Positions 1 through 7,551 of a DNA stretch of 64,000 nt are shown here, piece by piece; position 1 is the stretch's first letter, and every line of letters starts with the position of its first letter. The notes beneath the pieces are model-generated. The model had not been told where the DNA came from. It made no database searches and saw only the letters and a program-made list of their open reading frames with translations. Location: contig BTUM01000006.1 of the NCBI GenBank assembly GCA_045863235.1, forward strand, positions 104,002 through 168,001, in the 5' to 3' direction. Source of the DNA: Candidatus Xenobia bacterium (GTDB lineage Bacteria; Vulcanimicrobiota; Xenobia; Xenobiales; QWHO01). Position numbers and translations under genes: made by a program.

Positions 1-1
1 G

Positions 2-325
2 GTGAAGGCGGTGGACGCCACCGCCAACCCCTATCTGGCGATGGGAGCCATGATCGCCTGCGGGCTGGATGGATTGGATCGCCGGTTGGAGCTGCCCCCA
101 GGCGTGGAGTCGGATCCGGCCACTTTGCCCGAGGCGGATCGCCCCCCTCGTTTGCCCGCCAGGGCCGGTCAGGCTTTGCAGGCGCTCGAGCGCGACGAGG
201 TCCTGGCTGAGTCCCTCGGGCCCGACCTGCACCGGGCCTTTCTGGCCGTGCGCCGGGCCGAAGTGGCCCGTCTCGAGGAGCTGGGCCCGGAGGGCGAGGT
301 GCGCTTGTTGGCGGGTCGTTTCTGA
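2..325 (+). CDS. Glutamine synthetase family protein, C-terminal fragment (gene starts upstream of window)
   Basis: DATANPYLAMGAMIACGLDG and LP..AL.AL..DEVL..SLG.DL..AFLAVRRAE match the C-terminus of GlnA-like gamma-glutamyl ligases. Confidence 0.85.
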   Translation: MKAVDATANPYLAMGAMIACGLDGLDRRLELPPGVESDPATLPEADRPPRLPARAGQALQALERDEVLAESLGPDLHRAFLAVRRAEVARLEELGPEGEVRLLAGRF

Positions 326-1380
326 CCCCCCACGCCCTGGACCTGAGCGGCTACCCCCTGCTCGACAGCCACTGTCATCCTATCTATCGCGAGCAACCTG
401 CCGATTATGCCGAGTGCTTCACCGAGGCGCATCAATCCGGGGGCCACGCCCGCAACAGCCTGTTCTTCTTGCGCAGCCAGCGCGACCTGGCCGCCTTGCT
501 CGGCTGTGCCAGCGATGAGGTGGAGCAGGCTCGCAGTCTTCTGAGCTCCGAGGAGCTCTTTCAGCGGTGCCTGCCCGGGGTGGACGAGCTGTTGCTCGAC
601 GACGGCCTCAGCCCTGATCGCTGCCAGCCTCTGGAATGGCACGCCCGTTTCGTGCCCGTGCGGCGACTGGTGCGCCTGGAGCAGGTGGCCGAGCAGATTT
701 TCGAGGGAGGGCCCTTCGCAGTCTTCCGGGAGCGCTATGTCAGCTACCTCGAGAGCACCCCCGCGGCCGGCTTCAAGAGCATTGCGGCCTACCGAACCGG
801 TCTTGCCATCGGAGAGGGAGAGCAGGCCGAGGCCGCCTACCGTTCCTGGACCGGAGGAAGGCTGGCCCTCAAGCCTCTCAACGACCACCTGGTGAGGCTG
901 GGGCTGGAGGTGGCCGCCCGGCGGGGCCTGCCGGTGCAGTTCCACACCGGCTTTGGCGACCCCGACCTGGACCTGGCGACGTCCAACCCGCTGGCTCTGC
1001 GTCCCTTGATCGAGCGATTTTCCTCGACAAAGCTGGTCTTGCTCCACGCGAGCTATCCTTTCGCCCGTGAAGCAGGCTTTCTGGCCAGCGTTTATCCCAA
1101 TGTCTACCTGGATTTCGGCCTGGCGGTGCCCTTCCTGAGCGTGCGGGGCATGGTCGAGGCGGTGGCTATGCTGCTCGAGCTGGGCCCCCTCTCCAAGCTG
1201 ACCTGGTCGAGCGATGCCAGCCGCATCAGCGAGCTGTTCTATCTGGGTGCCCTGTGGGGGCGGCGGGTGCTGGGTCAGGTTCTGGGGCAGGCGGTGACGG
1301 ATGGCGATCTGAGCGCGAGGCAGGCCGAGCAAGCCGCCCGGCAGATCCTGCAGGGGAACGCCGCCGCTCTCTACTCCTGA
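322..1380 (+). CDS. Amidohydrolase family protein (FluG N-domain-like), probable non-canonical CTG start
   Basis: The frame of ORF 469..1380 is open upstream and encodes LDLSGYPLLDSHCHP (HxH metal motif at ~361-381). Also FKSIAAYRTGL, QFHTGFGD, VLLHASYP, SSDA. CTG at 322 overlaps the glnA stop (CTGA). Exact start is uncertain. Confidence 0.8.
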   Translation: MTPHALDLSGYPLLDSHCHPIYREQPADYAECFTEAHQSGGHARNSLFFLRSQRDLAALLGCASDEVEQARSLLSSEELFQRCLPGVDELLLDDGLSPDRCQPLEWHARFVPVRRLVRLEQVAEQIFEGGPFAVFRERYVSYLESTPAAGFKSIAAYRTGLAIGEGEQAEAAYRSWTGGRLALKPLNDHLVRLGLEVAARRGLPVQFHTGFGDPDLDLATSNPLALRPLIERFSSTKLVLLHASYPFAREAGFLASVYPNVYLDFGLAVPFLSVRGMVEAVAMLLELGPLSKLTWSSDASRISELFYLGALWGRRVLGQVLGQAVTDGDLSARQAEQAARQILQGNAAALYS

Positions 1381-2367
1381 GTGACGAAGGGAACCGAGCG
1401 CGACAGCGAAGCACCTTCCATGCTGCTAGATTCCCGACCGGTTTGGCTCTACGACGGCCCCATGGAAACCCGCATCCAGTTCGGCACCGACTTCAAGCTC
1501 GACCCGGAGATGTCGATTTTTACCCTGGTGGAGTCGGCCTCAGGTCGCAGCGCCCTGAGCGCGCTCTATGAGCGCGATGCCCGCGCGGCCGCCCGCTACC
1601 GGCTTCCCATCGTGCTCAACGCTCCTATCTACCGCGCCAGCCCGGCGCACCTGGCCAGACTCTCATTCACGGCCCCGGGTGACCTCGTGCGGATCAACCG
1701 CGACTGTCTCGACCTGGTCCGCGACCTCGTCTCCCGCCTCGACCGACCCCAGGACACGCTCATCACCGCTCCCATCGGCCCTCGATTTGCCGCCTACCAG
1801 CCCGATCGTCAATCCACCCTGGCCCAGGCCATCGACTACCATACCCCCCAGATCGAAGCGGTCGCAGCCTGGGGAGTCGAGCTGATCTCGATCGCCGCCA
1901 TGCACGGCGGGGTCGAAACGGTCGCTGCCGCCACGGTGGCCGCCCGGACCGGCGTCCCCTACACGGTCGGGTTCGTCCTCACGGCCGACGGCAAGATGCT
2001 GGACGGAACGCCGGTCTGGACGCTGATCGCCGAAATCGACGCCACCGTCGCGCCTGGCCCCGAGCTTTACGTCATCGGGTGCACCCATCCCACCGTCTGC
2101 GAGCAGGTTCTGGCCCTCGAGCACGCGGAGCTGGCTCGCATTCGCGGCGTCAAGGCCAACGGCTCGAGCAAGCCTCCGGAGGAGCTGCTCGAGCTGCGCC
2201 GGGCCGAGGCCGACCCTCCCGAGGAGTTTGCCGATGAGCTCCTGGCCCTGGGCCGCCCGCGGGGATTTCGTCTTTACGGCGGGTGCTGCGGAACGGACAC
2301 GGCCTTGATCGACAGTCTGGGGAAGCGTCTCACCGAAAAGAATCGCCAGGCCAGGGGGGAACCATGA
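1381..2367 (+). CDS. Homocysteine S-methyltransferase family protein
   Basis: YDGPMETRI, IGCTHP and the C-terminal Zn-binding GGCCGT motif. Confidence 0.85.
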   Translation: MTKGTERDSEAPSMLLDSRPVWLYDGPMETRIQFGTDFKLDPEMSIFTLVESASGRSALSALYERDARAAARYRLPIVLNAPIYRASPAHLARLSFTAPGDLVRINRDCLDLVRDLVSRLDRPQDTLITAPIGPRFAAYQPDRQSTLAQAIDYHTPQIEAVAAWGVELISIAAMHGGVETVAAATVAARTGVPYTVGFVLTADGKMLDGTPVWTLIAEIDATVAPGPELYVIGCTHPTVCEQVLALEHAELARIRGVKANGSSKPPEELLELRRAEADPPEEFADELLALGRPRGFRLYGGCCGTDTALIDSLGKRLTEKNRQARGEP

Positions 2368-2561
2368 AGCTGGTCAAGACGCGAATCCACAGCGTGAGCG
2401 GCAATCCTCGCCCTCGCTGACCCACCCCTGGATTGATCCCGAAGCCACATCAAGAGCAGCAGGCCCACGTGCGCCCTGACCGAAACCGTCATCCTCAGGG
2501 TGACGGTGCCGTCTGGCTGACGACTCCCAGCAGAAAGAATCTTCAAGAGAGTCGACTCGTG

Positions 2562-3974
2562 ATGCTGACACCTCTCTGCGATTGGTTGGCCGACCCGCCC
2601 CCGGCGGGACCGGCTGCTTACAACTATCAGGGCTATTGTCCGAGTACCGGCCGGCTGCTCACGCTGGAGCGCACACCGATGGCCGAGGCTGTGGCGAGAG
2701 CTCTGATGCGGCGGCTGGGCCCTCTGGAAAAGGGCCGGATGTATGGCGTCTTGCTCACCGACCAGGGCGTCCTCATCGGCTTTTCGGGCCAGGAGCAGAG
2801 CGAGGGCTGGGTGCCGCCCATCCGGCCCCACGACCTCCCCGAGGTGGAGCTGGCCGAGCTGGCGCAACTCAAGGCCGAGTTGGCGGAGCTGCCCTTGCCG
2901 CTGGCCCGCCACGCGCTCGAGCTCTTGCAACAAGAGCGCGCCAGCATGAGCGAGCGCCATCGTATCAACAAGCAGATGCGCGCTCTAAAGCGTCAGGAAG
3001 GCGGCGACATCGAGCTGCTGCGCCAGGAGAGCCTGGCCGACGAGCGTGAGCTCAAAGCTCATAAGGCGCGGGTCCGTGACCTGGTCGCGCGGTTGAAGGC
3101 GCTCGAGGAGCGCCGCGTGCAAATCGTGCGGCGGCGTCGGGCGCTGTCGCGCCAGATGCACCGGGATCTGCAGCAGCGCTTCCAGGCCAGCTTGTTCCCG
3201 GGCCAGGCCTGGTCGCTGGCGTCGCTGTTCGCGGGCAACGCCCCGGGCGGCACGGGAGAGTGCTGCGCTCCCAAGCTGCTGCACTACGCCGCCCGCCACG
3301 GGCTAACGCCGCTGGGGCTGGCCGAGTTCTGGTGGGGACCGGGTCCCCGCACCGCAGGTGAATTCTATCCGGCCTGCGCCGAGCGCTGCCAGCCGCTCCT
3401 GGGGGCTCTGTTGAGCCGGCAGGAGCTGCGTCTGCTCTACGAGGACGAGTTTCTGATCGCGGTCGACAAGCCTCCCGGCGTCCTGAGCGTTCCCGGGCGG
3501 GGTCCGCTGCAGCAAGACTGCATGCTGAGCCGCATGCAGCGCCTTCGTCCCGAGGTGCTGGGGATCCACCGCCTGGACCTCGAGACGACCGGCGTGCTGC
3601 TGTTCGCGCGCAACCGCGAGACCCAGAGCGAGCTGAACCGGCTGTTCCGAGACCGGCTCGTGAGGAAGATCTATATGGCCGAGCTCACCAGGAGCCCTGA
3701 CTGCCAGGAGGGCACCATCGAGCTGCCCGTCAGGGACAGGCCCGCAGTCACGCACTACCGCGTGCTGGGTGGCGCGAGGGTGGAGTTTCGCCCCGTCACG
3801 GGCCGCACCCACCAGCTGCGTGTGCACGCCGCGCTGGGCCTGGGAGCGCCCATCCGTGGCGACCGTCTGTACGGCCCCGAGGGTCCGCGGCTCTACCTGC
3901 ACTGCAGCGCCCTGGCCTTCGAGTTGGGAGGCCGTCGGATCGAGATCGCGTCCGATCCGCCCTTTTGGAGATGA
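2562..3974 (+). CDS. RluA-family pseudouridine synthase with long N-terminal/coiled-coil extension
   Basis: VDKPPGVLSVPG, catalytic HRLD, TGRTHQLRVH, GDRLYG. N-terminal GRMYGVL and GECCAPKLL are typical of the long RluA subtype. Start placed at ATG 2562. Confidence 0.9.
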   Translation: MLTPLCDWLADPPPAGPAAYNYQGYCPSTGRLLTLERTPMAEAVARALMRRLGPLEKGRMYGVLLTDQGVLIGFSGQEQSEGWVPPIRPHDLPEVELAELAQLKAELAELPLPLARHALELLQQERASMSERHRINKQMRALKRQEGGDIELLRQESLADERELKAHKARVRDLVARLKALEERRVQIVRRRRALSRQMHRDLQQRFQASLFPGQAWSLASLFAGNAPGGTGECCAPKLLHYAARHGLTPLGLAEFWWGPGPRTAGEFYPACAERCQPLLGALLSRQELRLLYEDEFLIAVDKPPGVLSVPGRGPLQQDCMLSRMQRLRPEVLGIHRLDLETTGVLLFARNRETQSELNRLFRDRLVRKIYMAELTRSPDCQEGTIELPVRDRPAVTHYRVLGGARVEFRPVTGRTHQLRVHAALGLGAPIRGDRLYGPEGPRLYLHCSALAFELGGRRIEIASDPPFWR

Positions 3975-4013
3975 GACTCTCACTCGAAGTGGTTCCCGGC
4001 ATGGGCCAGGCGA

Positions 4014-4487
4014 TCACGAAGGATGAGTAACGCCTGGCTCTTCCTGACTGCGAAGCTCCCGGGCCTGCCGAAAGCGAGCGTCGCACTCTGCTTCTAGAAC
4101 CCCGCCGAGCAACCGGCAGCCTTGCTTGGACAGGGCGGCCAGGGCGGCGGCCCGCAGCTCGATCTGCTCCCACCCGATGGATTGCAGGAAGGGCATCGAG
4201 CTGCCGTAGACCACCTGCGGGATGCCCGCGAACAAAATGGCTCCCTGGCACATCGGACAGGGCTCAGCCGTGGTGTAGAGCACGCATTCGGTGAAGGGAG
4301 CCTCGCGGTCGAGGTTGGACAGGGCGTCCATCTCCCCGTGCCAGATGGGGCTGTCATGCGTGTGATTGCAGCCCGAGGCCAGCACGGACTGGCTGGGGGC
4401 GTGCACGATCACCGTTCCAAAGGGTGAGCGCGGGTTGTTGCTGGCCATTTCCAGGGCCTGCCACATCCAGTGCTTGTGATCGCGCAT
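4014..4487 (-). CDS. Nucleoside/nucleobase deaminase (CDA/TadA/guanine deaminase fold)
   Basis: PFG, HGE (HxE) and TTAEPCPMC (PCxxC) Zn motifs. Confidence 0.9.
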   Translation of the reverse strand: MRDHKHWMWQALEMASNNPRSPFGTVIVHAPSQSVLASGCNHTHDSPIWHGEMDALSNLDREAPFTECVLYTTAEPCPMCQGAILFAGIPQVVYGSSMPFLQSIGWEQIELRAAALAALSKQGCRLLGGVLEAECDARFRQARELRSQEEPGVTHPS

Positions 4488-4568
4488 CGCCGGCCATTCT
4501 ACAAGTCCTTGCCAACTCCATCCTCAGCGCGCAGGATCCTCCCCACCCTCGACGGAAACCTGCCAGCC

Positions 4569-6089
4569 ATGCCCCCCCAGGCTGACCTGCTGAAAACCGG
4601 AGCAAAACATCTGCGTGCGCTGGAAACGGTGCGCGCTCTTTCGGCGTTTCGCAAGGCTCTGAACCGGGCCGTCAAGGACGGCGACCGCGAGCGCGAGGCC
4701 CGGGCCCGCAACTTCTGCTCGGAAGCGGCCCTGATCCTGGGCCGCTGGGCCCAGGCCGAGCTGGATGCTCGCACCGTGCTCGACCTTGCCGGTCAGCCTG
4801 AGGACGTGACCGCCCGGGCCCACTTCCTGCTGGGCGAGGTGATGGCCAGCCGGGGCGACCCCGAGGCCGCCTTCGCAAGCCTGCAGCGAGCGCTCAACCT
4901 GGCCCCGGCGAAGGGCGTTCTGAGGGGTCAGATCCTCTGCCGTCTGGCCGCTCTGGCCGGGCGCACCGGCTCGGCCGACGAGGCCCAGAGCCTGGTCGAC
5001 GAGACCATGGCCGGCCTCAAGCCGAAGACCCCGGAAGAACGCGAGCTGCTGGCCGGGTTGATCATCCAGTCGGGCCTGTGTCACCTTCGTCGCTCTCAAC
5101 TTCAGGCCGCCGAGGAGTCCTTCGAGAAGGCCATCGCGGCCCTGAAGGGCGAGAGCAGTCTGGAGGAGGCCAACGCCCAGCGCTACCTGGGCGTGGTCAA
5201 CAGCCTGCGAGGCCGCCATCGCACCGCTCTGCTCTACCATCTGGCCGCTTACGACCTGTTCCAGAAGGCCGGTTGCCGCTACGGGCTGGCCCGCACCTAC
5301 GAGAGCATCGGGCGCACCTATCTGGTGTTCAATCGGCTGGAAGAGTCGCTCTTTTGTCTCAAGCGCAGCGCCGGCATGTGCGAGAAGCTGGGGGCCGAGG
5401 CCGAGCTGGCCACGATCTACGGCAAGCTGGGACACGTCCACTTCGTGCGCGAGGAGTATGAGAAGGCGGCCTCCTACTTCCGACGCGACCTCAAGACCTC
5501 GACTCGCTTCAAGAACGACTATGCGCTGGGCTTTGCTTTGCGCAACCTGGGCCGCTGCGAAGCGGCGCTGGGCCTGATGGCCTCGGCCGTGCAGCACCTG
5601 GAGGCCAGCTTGAAGCTGTTCGAAAAGGTGCGCGACGCCCTCAACCTGGGCCGGGTGCAGATGGACCTTTGCCAGGCCTACACTCGCTATGGCAAGCTGG
5701 AAGAGGCCCAGGAGGCCTGCGAGCGGGCCCGCAGCTTGATGGCTCAGCTGGGAATGGACCGCGAGGTCGCTTTCTTGAACCTCTTGATGGGTCAGGTGGC
5801 GCGCAAGTCAGGGCGGGAGCGCGAAGCCGAGAAGTTGCTCAAGCAGTCGGTCGAGCAACTCACCGACATGCCCAGCCCGGCCTGGCTGGCCGAGGCCTAT
5901 TATGAGCTGGGCGAGTTGTATCGCTTCGCTCGTCCCCAGGCTGCCCTGGAAGCGTATCAGCACGCTTTTCGCACCGTGCGGCGAGCCGGCCTGGCGCGCG
6001 AGGAGGGCCGCTATCTCGCGGCCCTCGAGCGCTTCGACCCCCATGCCCTCTTCGCAACGCTCATGGACAACGTTTCCGACGTTCGCTGA
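4569..6089 (+). CDS. Tetratricopeptide repeat protein (MalT-like TPR)
   Basis: Repeated helical LG..(Y/H)...G....A...(F/Y)..AL units throughout. Start placed at ATG 4569. Confidence 0.8.
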   Translation: MPPQADLLKTGAKHLRALETVRALSAFRKALNRAVKDGDREREARARNFCSEAALILGRWAQAELDARTVLDLAGQPEDVTARAHFLLGEVMASRGDPEAAFASLQRALNLAPAKGVLRGQILCRLAALAGRTGSADEAQSLVDETMAGLKPKTPEERELLAGLIIQSGLCHLRRSQLQAAEESFEKAIAALKGESSLEEANAQRYLGVVNSLRGRHRTALLYHLAAYDLFQKAGCRYGLARTYESIGRTYLVFNRLEESLFCLKRSAGMCEKLGAEAELATIYGKLGHVHFVREEYEKAASYFRRDLKTSTRFKNDYALGFALRNLGRCEAALGLMASAVQHLEASLKLFEKVRDALNLGRVQMDLCQAYTRYGKLEEAQEACERARSLMAQLGMDREVAFLNLLMGQVARKSGREREAEKLLKQSVEQLTDMPSPAWLAEAYYELGELYRFARPQAALEAYQHAFRTVRRAGLAREEGRYLAALERFDPHALFATLMDNVSDVR

Positions 6090-6273
6090 CCTTTCAGAGC
6101 CCTTTCAGCTGATTGGCCCAAGATGACCGTGATCAGCTCTTGAAGAACCAGGCCGTGTTGAGGGAACCCAAAACTGCTCTTCAGCGGTCTTGAGAGCAGG
6201 AGTCAGATTGAAGCAAGCAGTATAATCGGGAACGCCCATCCCGGGTCGGAAGGACACCGGGAGGGCCTGGAGG

Positions 6274-6639
6274 GTGGACATGGGGACTTTCGAGGCGCCG
6301 CAGACGTTCCAGCCGGTCGCGCCGGACTCTGACGCTCTGGCGGAAGAGAACAAGAAGCTTGCCAAGAAGAACTTCGAGCTGGCTCGGGCCCTGGCTTCGG
6401 CCCAGCGCCGGATCTCCGAGCAGAATGCCCAGCTCGAGCAGCTGCGCTCGCGTCACAATCAGTGGGTGGAAGCGGTTCAGCTGGATCTGAACTTCCTCTA
6501 CGCGCAGCTCGTGGAGGCTTCCGAGGCCTGGGCCTGGTATCAGGCCAGCGCTCCCGAGCGGCACCGTTACGAGGAGGTGCGTGGCGATCTGGAGGAGAGG
6601 TTGTTCAACAGCAACAGCCTGGAGGAAGCTCCCGAATAA
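6274..6639 (+). CDS. Hypothetical coiled-coil protein
   Basis: GGAGG before the GTG/ATG starts, host-like codon usage, heptad-like E/K/Q-rich sequence. Confidence 0.6.
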   Translation: MDMGTFEAPQTFQPVAPDSDALAEENKKLAKKNFELARALASAQRRISEQNAQLEQLRSRHNQWVEAVQLDLNFLYAQLVEASEAWAWYQASAPERHRYEEVRGDLEERLFNSNSLEEAPE

Positions 6640-6753
6640 GGGGCCGCGCGCTGACATCTTCAGGAATTGACGCGGCGCCGTTCACCGCTTTCTAATGTGC
6701 TCGCACAGGTCAAAGGGCAGGAGTGTCTACGGCCGGCTCGGAACTGCGCCGGC

Positions 6754-7377
6754 ATGAAGAAGACCGTTCTGCTCACGCTCGTGGTGCTGCTGGCTCCCCT
6801 GGTGCTGGCCCAGAATTCCACCCTGCACAACTACACCTGGAAGAGCCGAACCCAGGTCGAAATGGGTGGCGAGGTGAAGAGCGTGGTCCTCGAGCAGGTC
6901 CGCACCGACGCCAGCGGTCAGGTTCAGAAGACCCCTCTCAGCGCGCCTCCCGCCGCTCCCAGCCAGAGGGGTCCCGTCCGACGCCGCCTCGCCCAGCGCA
7001 AGACGGAGCGCACCAAAGAGTGGATGCAGGGTTTGCAGGCGACCCTGGCTCCCTATCAGAGCCTCCCCCCAGAGAAGCTGAAAGCCTTTGCGGAAGGCGC
7101 CACAAAGCAGCCGGTCGGGGACGGCCTGGTGCAGCTGCAGGGGCGGGGGCTGGTGCAACCGGATGATCAAGTGGTTTTGACCGTGGAGATGGTTTCCCAT
7201 CAACCCCGCAAGATGCAGGTCAAGACCACCTACGACGGTTCCCCGGTCGAGCTGCAGGTGGAGCTGAGCGCCATCGCTCCCAATGTCACGGCGCCCATGA
7301 AGGTGGTCACGACCGTGCCTGACGACGGCCTGAACATCACCACCGACAACTACGACTATCAGCAACTCAGGAACTGA
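6754..7377 (+). CDS. Hypothetical secreted protein
   Basis: Sec signal MKKTVLLTLVVLLAPLVLA, followed by a beta-rich body. Confidence 0.7.
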   Translation: MKKTVLLTLVVLLAPLVLAQNSTLHNYTWKSRTQVEMGGEVKSVVLEQVRTDASGQVQKTPLSAPPAAPSQRGPVRRRLAQRKTERTKEWMQGLQATLAPYQSLPPEKLKAFAEGATKQPVGDGLVQLQGRGLVQPDDQVVLTVEMVSHQPRKMQVKTTYDGSPVELQVELSAIAPNVTAPMKVVTTVPDDGLNITTDNYDYQQLRN

Positions 7378-7551
7378 GCAAAATTTGTAACCTGGGTCCA
7401 GGGCAGTCATCAAGCTGTTTTTTCCGCGTTTGTCCCGATCGGGCGCGAGAAAACTTTCACACCATTAACAAACTTTCAACACAAACTCTGAGCGCGAAGG
7501 CCATCCGTCCCTCTACAGTGGGTTCAAGAGATTCCCACCAGGAGGACGGTT

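Noticed and set aside
2364..2420. 18-aa ORF MKLVKTRIHSVSGNPRPR overlapping the methyltransferase stop
   Set aside because: Too short and without recognisable features. May be a remnant.
6221..6226. TATAAT promoter upstream of 6274
   Set aside because: Perfect -10 but no -35 at proper spacing, insufficient to call.
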